A stretch of DNA of 62,284 nucleotides, counting the filler. It is 12 parts of 12 records of this genome, joined end to end, with 100 filler letters (N's around TTAATTAATTAA, not from the genome) between each part and the next. Parts side by side here need not be neighbours in the genome. Positions count along the whole stretch, not along the records: positions 14,789 to 23,981 come from SRR15195285_3841; positions 24,082 to 30,033 come from SRR15195285_3846; positions 30,134 to 34,738 come from SRR15195285_3847; positions 34,839 to 41,058 come from SRR15195285_3848; 8 more parts are not named here. One strand, given 5' to 3'. The position numbers and the translations under genes are program-made. Every line of letters begins with the position of its first letter. Position 1 is the stretch's first letter. Shown here piece after piece: positions 23,567 through 35,267 of this stretch. The notes under the pieces were generated by a model. The model ran no database searches, was not told the DNA's origin, and saw nothing but the letters and a program-made list of their open reading frames with translations.

Positions 23567-23981
23567 TTCAGCGCCCCACGCGATCCGGTGAGCATCCCCC
23601 CCCTCAGCAGCAGCACCACGCAGCAGCACTACCCAGTAGTAGCACTATCCAGTAGCACCACCCAGCAGCAGCAGCCCCGCCGGCGGCGGGCATGCAGTGC
23701 AGAGGGCCGCGCGCGCGCCGGCGGAGATCTCTAGCTAGAGCTAGAATATACAAGCGCCGGAGTACATTTTCATATCCGCCCGTTGTGAGATCGGGGTCTG
23801 AAGGGGAAATTCCCGGCATTTTGTCAAGGACCCGAGGTGGGAGGGTCCATTCTGTCACACCCGGCAGGGAAGGATTCAATCCACACGCGGTGCCAGATCC
23901 AGTCTAACATGATGAGAGGGCAAACCCATGCTTGCAACCTTTAGCAAGTATCAAGTATGGTAAGCTAGACGCTTGAAATCC

Positions 23982-24081
23982 NNNNNNNNNNNNNNNNNNN
24001 NNNNNNNNNNNNNNNNNNNNNNNNNTTAATTAATTAANNNNNNNNNNNNNNNNNNNNNNNNNNNNNNNNNNNNNNNNNNNN
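23982..24081. other. Artificial contig spacer 4
   Basis: N44-TTAATTAATTAA-N44. Confidence 0.99.
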
Positions 24082-24198
24082 TTTTATAATAAACCTACGG
24101 ACTTACACACATTGCGCAATGCTAGACCGATGGTGTGTTTACGTGCAAGTTTTTCGCCGATGAGCATACACGCCATCGTCTCGATCGACCAGTGCTGC

Positions 24199-27100
24199 CT
24201 ACGAGCGCAGGATCGCCTCCGCGTCCAGCCCACCACCCAGCAGCTTCGTCAGCTCCGCAGGTGGCCCCTTCATCTCCTTCAGCACCCCCTTCAGCCGCCT
24301 AATACCCTCCTCCCCGCGCCCATCGTTGTCGAGGACGTGCTTCTTGAGGTCGCGCAGCGTGAACATTTCGAATAGCCGCAGGCCTGTGCGGTGCGAGATC
24401 TCGATTGACCGTTCAAATGCTGCTTCCGCCTCCTCTTGCTTCCCATGTGTCGCCAACATGCGGCCTCTCAGAGCGTGCCCTCGCGCATGAGTCGTCGGCC
24501 GCACGTCGGTATCAGGGTCGTTGTCGTCAACACGCATGGCCTTGGCAACGTAAAGCAGCGCATCGTCAGGGCGCTCCAGCTTCTCGCAGACCTCGGCAGC
24601 CATCAGCAGAAGGTTGTGGACAAAAAGTGATTTCGGTTGAGATCGTCGGGAGTTCTTGGTGACGCCAGTGACGTACGAATCCAGCACGTCCGGGCTGGGC
24701 AGTGCCGCAACGACGTCAGCCGGCGGGACTTCGCGCCAAGAAGTACAGAGAACGTAGCTAAGTTTGCAGGTCCAGGCCACTTCCTCGGCGGTTGTCATGG
24801 TGTTCCCACCATCATCCACCTTAGTCCCACGCTCTCGGACACGGTGGCTTGTTACTGCGAGCGCGTCTACTCGCACATCTGCCGTCGCCCACGTGATGCC
24901 GATTTCCGTCATGAGTTTCGCTGCGTCTTCTTGCCGACCAAGAATCCAGAGTACGTACCCCATGTGCCTGGCCACTCGGTACTCGAGCCGTTCACGAACG
25001 ATAACCTCATGAGGCCCACTCAGTTCCGACATCCAGTGCTGACATTGAGCGAGGCTGAAATCGAAGCAGGTGTTTGTGGTTGAAATGTCGCCACGCAGGC
25101 CCCACAGAAACGGCGTGGGGAGCGACGGCGCTACCCCTTCGTCCGTATATGCGTCCAGCTCGTGGTCGTAGCTGCACCAAGCGCGAGCGAGATTCAGGCC
25201 ATCCAATACTTTCCAGTCCCACTCAGGCAGGCGAAGCCACTCCATCATAAATCCTACACTCGCCGCACCATTTATGTCGAGTGCCGCCAGCAGCCTGGAC
25301 TCGCCACCAGCAGCTCTGTCCTCCAGCTCCTTGAATGACCGCGTCATCTCCATCAAATGAAATTTATCAAAATCTCCCTCTCTTATTAAGCGCTGGCGCT
25401 CCTCGGTCTCCCGGAGCTTAGCAGCATCCAACGGGTGTGCGCGTCCAGCCTCGGTGGTCTCCAGCAGGTGGAGGGCTCTCTCAGCGAATCTCTTGACGTC
25501 GTCGGCGGTATAGAACGTGAAGACTTGCAAGAACTCGTCGTCGCTCATATGAAATAAAATACCTCTGACATGACGGTGTGCAACGCACATGTGCACAGCC
25601 CAGTGCTCGAATGCCACGACCTCGAGCATCGCTGGGCGCTGGCCGTCCAGCGCCAGCCGCCTGAGCGCTGGCATTGCTAGCGCAAACGTGTCGTTGTGCT
25701 TGCCGGACCAGACTTCCGCCCGTCCCACTTCGCGAATCTTATCGACCCTCCACGCTTCACATAGGCAGCAGGTGAGCCAGTCGTTGTTCGCGTCTGCGGC
25801 CGCGGTCTTCAACATCGTGAGCAGCCGCGGAGTGCCGACCACCCGAATGGCACTGGCAATGAGATCGTCTCTTGCCCCGTTGTGCTCAGAAGGATGGTGC
25901 ATCAACCACTGCTCCACACAGGTCGGCAGCTGCTCCGTCTCCGAGTCGAGCCCGGCACGGATATGGTACTCGATGTTGTTCTTGACGTACAGAGAGCACT
26001 CATCGCCCCTCAGCGGCTGCCAGATTCGCAGTCCAACCATCGCAGTGTCGGCACAGACAGGCCGGTGCGCTGCAAATGCGTCTACCACCTTCCGCTGCAA
26101 CTGCTGCAGCTCTTCCGGTGAGAACTGTGCGATTGAATACTCCCTAACGATATCGTGCCTGCAAATCGGACAGCACAAACGCGTGAGTGGACCGTAGATC
26201 TACAATGGGAGTGCAGATCAGGCGGACGGCTTGCCAGCAGCAGGGCAGGGGCTCACAGCGATGGTCGCTCCCACGAGCCGAGAACGATCGATCGGTTGAT
26301 CAGGATTTGGAGCCATTTTCGAAGCTGGAGCTGCGGCACGAGTTCTGCTTCGCCAGTCACCGCCGACAAGATGATCTGAAATGCCGATAGAGGCACGTAC
26401 GTATCCTCGGCGACGAGTGCGAAGACAGAAAACACCTTGCGACAGTCTTCCCGATCGCGCAGTGGGACAGCCTGCAGGCTTGCAGCCAAGATGCGGTACT
26501 CGAGCGTAGTCTCGTCACCGCCTGCACTGGATTGCATCTCCTGTTGCAGCAGCCTCGGGATACCCGTCCAGTCTTCGCCACTCACGCCCAGGTCGCGAAG
26601 CATTGAACCCGCAATATCCAACGCCAACGGAAGACGTCCGCATAGCTTGACCACCTCCTGTGCCTCGGTAGGCACCGGTTTGAGGTGTGCCAAGCCAGCA
26701 GCGGCCATGAGGAGCTTCACCGACTCCTCTTCGGAGGGCACACCCAGCTCCACCTGCTCCGTCCCACCCAGGCCGCGAATGCGCGTCGTCACGAGCGTTC
26801 TGGACGCAGTGGAAGTATCGATGAAGTTCAGCGCCGCCTCATGGCTCGGCTCCCACACGTCGTCAATGATCACGAGGACTGTGCGCCCCCGAAGCTGCGT
26901 GGTAATGAGCTCCTTCGCCTGCTCGGGGCTGGTCTCTGATGAGAGCTCTTCTCCGGAGGCCTGCAGGTAGATCAGTGCTCTCATGCGGTCCATTGCCGGC
27001 GTCTGTCCCAGAGTGACCCCTGCAATCGAGCAGGACAACACAAACGCGTGAGTAGACCGACACGATCCGGAGTCCGGGGCTTGCTGGCAACAAGACTGGG

Positions 27101-30033
27101 ACTTACAGATGACGGCCTCGAAGTGAGCCCGAATGTCAGCGTCACGCGCCAACCAGGCAGCAGTCACTGTCTTGCCTATGCCGCCCATGCCCATCGCGCT
27201 CAACTTCGACTTTTCCGATGTCACCGCCATGGTTTTGCTATCTGTAGAGTCAGCTGAGAGAAGCATGCGCTTCAGCCTCTCCATGTCAGACGTGGGCCGT
27301 ATGCTGACCGAGAGCTGCGGCACTTCTGCTGGCACAGGAGCCAGTAGCTGCTTCTTCGCAACTGCGGATGACGTCGAGGACGAATCTCTGGCAGCATCCT
27401 GCTGCTGCGAGTATGTGACTGCCTTTGCGAGGTCTTGGCGGAGGCTGTCGAGCTCACTGCGCAGAGCTAGCACCTCCTCTGACTCACCACTGCCGCCGGT
27501 AGATGGTGTGCGTGACAACAACGCTGCGCGTGGGCTCTGCTTGTCGCCTGCCACTGCGACAGTCTGCACAGCTCCCTTCACCTGCTCTAGAAGACCTGGT
27601 AGATTCTGCTGCATCGCTGTCTGGTCGTGCATCGGAGTGTACAGAAGCCCGGCAGTGACGGCACCGAGCCACTCTGTCGCGCTCCAACCATTCGACTGCA
27701 TCTTCACTGGTACAAATGGCTGTGTACAGACATTATGGACAACACACGTCTGAAAAGTAGCTCCAGAAATACGGAACAACTCAAGTTGGAATGACTGGTG
27801 TGAAACTCACAACTTTGTTCTGCTTCGCCAGCGTCAACTCGAGCTTGCAGTTGTCTGAATCCTACGCCAGAGGTGGTGCAGCGGTGGTCAGCTGGAGCAT
27901 GACCATCGGACAGGAGGGGGTGGTGGATCTTACCTGGTACCGTTGCGATATGAACGCAATAACCACCGCAGCCTTACTGACACCCTGAGCCATCGAGTCA
28001 TAAATATTGACCTGCCGTAGTGGCACAATGGTGCATCAATAGTCACACAAGCACGCATATCATCGTAGGCGAGCCTTCTTAAAGCACAGAAAAAGCTACA
28101 GAAAACATTGATCACAGACATACTTTCATCCCGCCGTCAATGTCCATCCAGGTTGGCACTCCTAGTGACTGAAAGTGCTCACGCACGCGCACCACTACGC
28201 TCTGATCATCCCAGTTGTAGCTGAACATCGCGTGCTTGCCGCCCTCAAACGAGAAGCCACCACCGCCTGCCTCCACAGCAGCCGCACCAGAGCTGCGCGA
28301 TACCGTAGGCACACCATGATGGGGTGTCTCCGTAATGAAAGCGGACACAAACTTAGCGTGGTCAAACTTCAACATCCCTAGCTGCTGCACATCGGATTCA
28401 TTCATATGCTCAAGGTCTTCCACGCGTTTGACGCCCAGCTCAAGCAGCTTTTCGAATTGGGCCTCCAGCTGGTGGGCCTCGAGCGCCCTGAACAAAGGAT
28501 GGTCACCGGCAGGAACGTTGCTGAACGAGTGCATCAGGGCCGCACCATCGGGTGCAGTCTGTGGCTCCGCCACAGGCTGCGTAGCTGCATAGCGTTCGAG
28601 GGCTTCCACGAGGGCACAAATCTTTGGGATGTCCGCGCCTGACACGCTGTCGCTGTGAATTGGGTTCACAGCTGCTGCAGTCTTTGCAAGAGCTTCGAGC
28701 GCATCTGAGGGTTCCTGGCAAAGCAGCTGCACGATGGTCGCTGTTGCGTCGAGGATGCTCTCCAGCCGATCTGCAAGGGAGGCTCTGGTCCTCCGCGGAG
28801 TGCCAGCAATGCGGGCGTCCGTGAGCTCAAGCGCATGCTCTACTACCGCCTGTAGCACTTGCTCAGCCGCATCGCCACCGGCCTGAAGTGTTCGGCTCAT
28901 CTGCACCTCAGGCTGTATCATGGCTTCGAGCACCGCAGCGAGCTCATCAAACTTGTTCACATCGGTCTTGGAGGCCTTCCCGGCCTGGACAGAGCAAATC
29001 TCCTCACAAAGAGAAACGACTTGCGAGCCTTGTCCCTCTCCCTCCAGCTGCACCACCGCATGCTCGGTGTCCTCCTCGATTAGTTCCAAGGCCGTCTCGA
29101 GCCGCTCTGCCACGTCGAACTTCATCCTGCGGGGAGTGCCGATGGTCTTGCCTTCGCAGAGCTCAACCGCGTGCTCGAGAGTATTCCGGACCTGTTGCAA
29201 CCGGCCAGCACCTGCTGCTGCCTCAGATTCAGATGCGCTTGATATCACCCCGCCAGTGGTATCTCCCGCTTGTTTTAACTCGCGGTTCAGTACGAGCTCG
29301 GGCTCAGGTTGAGGATGGTTGGGCGGCACAGACTCGACCGTGTACTGTTCCAAAGCATTGACCAGAGCGGTAATTGTTGCAACGTCTGAGCTCGTTGCAT
29401 TGTCGGGATCCGTTTCGTTCACCGCCACAAGCTGTTCAGCGAGTTCGGCTAGTACACCGGCCTCTGCCTCGCAAACTTTCGGCCTGACTTTGCTTGGAAT
29501 CGACTGCACAAGCGCCTCTAGACGGTCCGCCAACACCGCTCGAGTTCTGCGTGGTGTTTCACTAATTCGTGTGTCCGTGATCTCGAGCGCATGCTCAAGA
29601 GCGTGTTGCAAGGCGAGGTCGGCGTCATCTCCACCACTTTGCAGCACTCTACCCACATGCACCGCTGGCTGCAGCATGGCTTCAAGCGAGCTTGCAAGCA
29701 CATCAAGCGTGCCTAGGTCTGACTTGATCGCTTTTCCCACCTCCATAGATGTAGCCTATCTGACAAAGAGCCATGATCTCCATATACTTTCCCTGAACGT
29801 TCGCTCCCTGGAGCCGAGCTGCTGCCTTGTCGTCTTCCAAGAGCTCCATTAGCGCCTCAAGTCGCTCAGCCATCTCAAATTTTAGTCGGCGCGGCATCCC
29901 CGTGGTTTTGTCTTCGCAGATTGCCACAGCATGCTCAAGCGTCTCTTTGATTCGGCTGAGTGAGCTAACGCTAGGATTGGCTGATATCGCTGTGTGTAGT
30001 TCTGCACGGAGCGCCGCGTGGGACTCTCGCGGG
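24199..30033 (-). CDS. STAND/NLR-like protein: tandem helical repeats - SAM - TIR - coiled coil - NB-ARC (APAF-1-like) - helical/TPR-like C-terminus; 5'-truncated, multi-exon, one apparent frameshift near 29756
   Basis: SAM: LFRALEAHQLEAQFEKLLELGVKRVEDLEHM..DVQQLGM. TIR after splicing: HAMFSYNWDDQ...WMDIDGGMK|VNIYDSMAQGVSKAAVVIAFISQRYQ|DSDNCKLELTLA. Walker A GMGGIGKT, Walker B VLVIIDDVWE, TLVTTR, CGRLPLAL, MHD-equivalent L|HDIVREY. TPR-like helices near the C-terminus. Confidence 0.87.
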
Positions 30034-30133
30034 NNNNNNNNNNNNNNNNNNNNNNNNNNNNNNNNNNNNNNNNNNNNTTAATTAATTAANNNNNNNNNNN
30101 NNNNNNNNNNNNNNNNNNNNNNNNNNNNNNNNN
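30034..30133. other. Artificial contig spacer 5
   Basis: N44-TTAATTAATTAA-N44. Confidence 0.99.
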
Positions 30134-30287
30134 GGCTCGAGAGCTCCTCGGGCGTAACACATGGATCGAACGGTACTCTGGCGCTGGCGCACTGGCGGTA
30201 GGTCTCCAGTCGATTCGGTGCGGAACCTCACGACCGGCCGGCACGCACGGAGTTGGGGGCCCTGGGCGCCAAGCAGCCTAGAGCCAT

Positions 30288-31855
30288 ATGGTGCTGGTGG
30301 CGCAGAGCTACACGTACAGCGTGCCGAGGATGTGTGCGCCGCAGAAGCTGCCGGAGCTCTGCCACTTGAACGGCAGCGCCAGCCCCGGCTTGCAAGGCAG
30401 CGGCAAGGCTGAGGCGGGCAGCTCACCGGTGTTCAGCTTCGAAGATGACCCGAGCGGCATGCCGATGAAGATCCAGAATCGAGCGCTTGCTGGCCGCACG
30501 AGCGGCGCAGCGCCCAAAGCAAAACGTACCCTTATGCCAGTCGCTAGTATCACGCTAGCCTCCAGCAGCAGTGACCAACAATCTGCAGTGGAGCAGCCGG
30601 AGGATGCCTGGGCGCTCGCCAAGCTACGTGTGGAAGAACGCGAGGACAGGTGGCACCAGCTGCAGGCTGTCGAACGCCTGCAGAAGCATGTTCGCGCATG
30701 GGCGGCGCGGAAGCGCGTCGCTATCATGCGCAAAGAGAGGGACGAACGATTGCGTGCCGCAGAACGAGAAGTTGCCGCAGCATTGGAGCGTGCCGAGCGG
30801 GACCGTGTGGCTGCACAGCAGGCCGAGGCACAAAGACTGCAGCAGGAGTCAGCGGCGATGGAAGCCGCTCGGGTTGTGAAGCAAAGGCGAGATGAAGCGC
30901 TGCAGGCGCGCGTGGAGAGTCAACGGCAGCGACGAAAACAACGATTAGAGCTGAACAGAGCGGCGACCGCCGCTGCCCGCGACGCTCTGCCGCCAGATGC
31001 ATCCGCTCGTGAAGTCTCGGTGAGTCTCCAACTGATCCCGCACGCACCTGTGAGCATGGCTAACCTGAGCCTTGTGGTCATGGCCTGAACGCAGGTTCTC
31101 GCGGCAAAGTTGCTTCCAGCTATTGAGCGTAGCGTCATTGACACCTGTTGCCGCAGTAGAGCTGAGACGGCGCCACCAGGAGATCACGAACAACCTGTGT
31201 CTCTCGGTGAAGAAGATTGGGCTGAATTCGCGGGTCTGTTCGCGTCAGGATTCGACATGGACAACAACAGAACCCAACACAAGGACATATCCAGAGTATT
31301 CAGCGCTGATGTTGTCTATAGTTGTTCTGTGGCTGAACAGTCCACCGGCCTCCCTGCACAGGCAGGCAAGCAAAGGATACACGTGGCCCCGCCTCGGCCG
31401 TACGACGAGTGGCTGCAGAGCTGCGGCGCCGATGGCTCTACTCACCGTCCGTGGCGGCAGCAAAAGGGTTCACATAATCGGAGCGAGTCGATGACTGCGC
31501 CACCAATGCTGGGCAAACTTGGAAAACTTGTCCTTCCTCCTGTGTCGACCGAGACCACCGTCACTCGCTCTACCGTAGCAGCCGGAGTGTTAGCCGCTAA
31601 GCAAGTTGGGCAGTCGTGGAATTTCAAGAGTGGGGCTCGTCCTACGGCAGTGCGTAATCTTCCTGTGAATTCAAGCCCATTACGCATGTCTTACGACAAA
31701 GCACTTGACGTAAGGATTGTTGGAATACCTGAATTGCTGACTGTTCTATGTCTGTCTTACCGTTTCTGCAGTCCCTGCGTGTGCTGAGCGCAAAGCGACG
31801 GATTTCTGCGGGCATGCGAGAGCTGCAGTCTGAGCTGATGCGACATGACCGGTGA
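30288..31855 (+). CDS. IQ-motif coiled-coil protein of unknown function; probable exons ~30288-31019, 31095-31709, 31772-31855 (start uncertain)
   Basis: IQ-like RLQKHVRAWAARKR and a charged coiled coil. Donors GTGAGT and GTAAGG, with CAG acceptors in phase. Confidence 0.6.
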
Positions 31856-32323
31856 GCCTATTGCCTACTCCCATGCACATTGATATCGAATACGTAGTGA
31901 AAGGCAATAGATGAAACCAGCAGCGACTCAAGCACGTATCGCGTGGCTGCTCGTAGTACTGCTGTGATCCGCGAGCAGCTAGCAAATTTGGCCTTCAAGC
32001 CTCAAAATACTACTCCTACAGCGATCATGGCAAAGTGACCCCTCGCAACTGGATTACAAAAACTTATAGTGTGCTGCACCAAAATTATTGCTCCGACTTC
32101 TATGCTATCTGAGTCGTTGCTACGCCATATCATTGTGGGTCCGAAATGGAGAAACCACCAGATGGGCAACAGTTAGTCCTGTAGGGCTGTTCATTACGTT
32201 TTTAAAACGTTCATTCATCACGTTAAAGTTGGTCTCAAATGTGTGGACCGGATTGAGCCTTGCTCAGCTTGCAGCTGCACTCCCCGTCACAGTCGGCGCG
32301 TCATCTAGGCCTTATGCACGTGC

Positions 32324-33693
32324 TCATGGAGCAACAGTGACTGGTTGAGTAGAATTGGCAGGCAGGAACGTACCAGTGTAGCTCTCACAATCAAACAGAA
32401 CCGTCAGCTTGCTCCATCGGCGTTCGAACGCACCCGTCCGCACTTCACGCGCGTGAACTTCGAGCGGTACGCCTGGATCCAGCGACAGTGATGGAAACGC
32501 TGACGCATTATGATAGTCGAGGCTCGGAGCTGGCGGCTGCATAACCACCTGAAAGAGAGCGGCAGGACCTCTCGCGACAAGAAACGCTGCCACTTCAGGT
32601 GCTGGATCTCGTGTTGAGTTGACAACGCAATTCTGTGACCACCATGGGGAATGACAGCGAAATGTCGCGACTGCAAGGGGGTCGTGGGGATGATGCCGGG
32701 TTGTGATGAAGAGTGTTTGGTTGGACCAGCCGGAACGGGAGACGAGCAACCGCATCGTCGTGGCACATGCAGCAGCACCAGAGAGCAAGAGCTGCTGGGG
32801 CCCCGCGCAGCTGCCTGGTGGGCAGTGATTGGGCTGCTGCTCCGTTTTGACGCGTGGTGCAGCGTACCCACCTAGCCACTTGTGAGGCTTGCGAGCACGC
32901 CATGTAGACACTGCCTTTGCGAGTGCCTGCCGCTGTGCATCTTTGAACGCTGCTACATCGCTCCCGCTATCGAAGTTCTCGTCATAAAAGCGATCGTCAG
33001 GGTCGGCCCCATCCAGATAGCATCCGTCTATCAACGGCTCTCGCAGTGCCTGAGCAATTGGACCCTGGTCAATCCACCAGTCTACAGCAGCTGAAGCAGA
33101 GAAATTGTACCATGGCTGCTCGAAAAGACCACCCCACTTATTGTCGAGCCAGAGTGAGCCCTGTGGCAGCAATTATCCATGGCAAACGTCAGCTCGTCCG
33201 ATATGGTAGACGCAGGAGAGCGCAGCAGCCTTACATTTGGACGGGTCATGAAGACTTGGCTTGCTAGAGTATGATTGCGCAGCAGTGCGCGAGTGGCGCT
33301 CCACTGAGAGAACGTGCAGTCCAACTCCGCCGAAACGAACACTTTCGTGTCTGGCGCGAGCAGTTTGAGCGATTTCGCCGCAGCTCGCTGACGTGCTTCC
33401 AGACCGCCGGCGACTGCCCAGTTGGAGCCATTTCGTAGCCCAAGCTGCCAGCCCAGGCCTACCACACCGAGCGAGGCTTCGCGTAGACTCTCACCGGGCC
33501 CGTTTGGCCCACTCGTGTTGCCAAGGAAGAATCCCGCCGTAGAACTGCGCAGACTCCACGTGCTCCAGGGCAGTGGCGGGAATGCTCCACCTGGCCACGG
33601 TGGATCGGCGATCGCAGGATCAATCGACAGCGAGCTGAGAGTCTGCAGCCGCAGCACCAACGACAGCAGCAGCACTGGCAGCCTCGAGCCCAT
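32324..33693 (-). CDS. Secreted putative glycoside hydrolase-like (TIM-barrel, GHL15-like) protein; exons 33693-33235, 33160-32324
   Basis: Signal peptide MGSRLPVLLLSLVLRLQTLSS. Motifs WYNFSASAAVDWW, IDGCYLDG, AAFLVARG, LDPGVP, FERRWSKLTVLFDC. Phase-0 intron GTAAGG..CACAG. Confidence 0.6.
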
Positions 33694-34189
33694 TCGTTCC
33701 GGTTCGTTCGCCGGCGACGGAGCCGACGGAGCGAGGGCCGACCCCGCAATATGATTTAGAAACGATATGGCCCAGCAGTGCAGCGCACGTACCGTAGTAC
33801 CCGCGGCCGGCAACGGTACATGTGCGCGCCCGCGGATACCCACGCGTACACGCAGGCGGGGGTAACCATACCGCGTAGCGCTCCGTACTTGCGTACTATT
33901 CGATAGATCTGCATGTACTGTAGATTTGTAGTAATTCCTACCGCTCACGCTACAGTCAGTATCGAGGGAAGCGAAGAATCCGAAATGATAGTAAATCCGT
34001 GATGCGTGAATACATGTAGTAGGCCGGACGCGCGGACGGTGCGGACTGCGGTGCGGTGCCGGCGATTCCAGATCCCTGCTCGCTGGCCGCTGGCGAGCGC
34101 GCCGCGGCGCAGCGAGGAGCTTCGTTGTGGCGCTGGTTGTGGCGGCGCTCTCTCCCGTGTTTACGCAGAGAGTAGTCCATCCGCCCGAT

Positions 34190-34738
34190 ATGCCGGCCTC
34201 AGCGGGCCGCGTGCGCATGCCGGCGTCGAACCGGATCCACAGCAGCGCTGCGCTGCAGACGCACGGGATCTGGTCGCAGCACATCGGAGATTCCTATGCG
34301 CCGGAGAGCGGCGGCGGCGGGGGTGATGCTGGCGGTGGGAGCGAAGGGAACATGTTTGCTGTGCAGCAGGGGCTGATGAATCTGGCAAAGGCCAACTCGG
34401 TACAGAACGAAGCGAGCGAGCGCGGCTCGTGCAAGAACTGCGGCGGCGTTGGACACTTTTCCTGGCAATGCCGCAACCACCTCGATGCCGGGCTCACCTC
34501 GATAGACGACATTGACAGCACATCCTCAGAGAGCAGCGAAAGCGACGATGAGAGCGACGACGGCAGCGGCGTAGCAGCAGCAGCGAACGACAGGGCGGCG
34601 GCACTCGAAGCCAAGTTGGGTGGCGGTGGGGATGAGGCAAAGCGGAGACGTGACGACGGCGATGGGCACGAGCAGGAGCGCGACAGCAAGAAGCGTAAAA
34701 AGCACAAAAAGGAGAAGAAGCACAAGAAGGAGAAGAAG
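34190..34738 (+). CDS. CXIP4: CAX-interacting protein 4-like / SREK1IP1-type CCHC zinc-knuckle protein (3'-truncated)
   Basis: The N-terminus MPASAGRVRMPASNRIHSSAALQTHGIW matches the characteristic plant CXIP4 N-terminus. Zn knuckle CKNCGGVGHFSWQCRN, then an acidic Ser-rich tract and a Lys-rich tail. Confidence 0.88.
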
Positions 34739-34838
34739 NNNNNNNNNNNNNNNNNNNNNNNNNNNNNNNNNNNNNNNNNNNNTTAATTAATTAANNNNNN
34801 NNNNNNNNNNNNNNNNNNNNNNNNNNNNNNNNNNNNNN
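34739..34838. other. Artificial contig spacer 6
   Basis: N44-TTAATTAATTAA-N44. Confidence 0.99.
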
Positions 34839-35267
34839 AGCATAATTTCCATTTCCATCGGCATCTGGCGGGAGACCCAAACGAGCTGGTGTTTGCACGG
34901 ATGGACGAGAGTATCCACGGCGAGACTACGGGGAATAAAACCATTTCTGGAAAAGACGCTAGAACCTGGACGTGGAACCAACCGACCGCGATGTGCAGCT
35001 ACCTGGAGGCCGCTACTCCAACATGACGATGTGCTGCAAGTGTCTAAAGCCACCGTATCACAAGCTTTAGGGTTTTATGGAAAACAAAATCATTGAGACT
35101 GTATAGGCCTAGCCCACGGTCCGGCTGCAGTCTTTGGTGGTCGCAGCTGTGTTTTTGAGAACCCAGAGGTTGTACTGATCATGCATGGCCCATCGAACCT
35201 TGCAGTTTGTGCCCTGCAGCCATGATGACTGCATTGGTGCATGACCACAGCCTTTATCAAGAAGAAG

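Noticed and set aside
34839-35096. Short plus-strand open frame at the start of contig 7
   Set aside because: It is truncated and has no identifiable domain.
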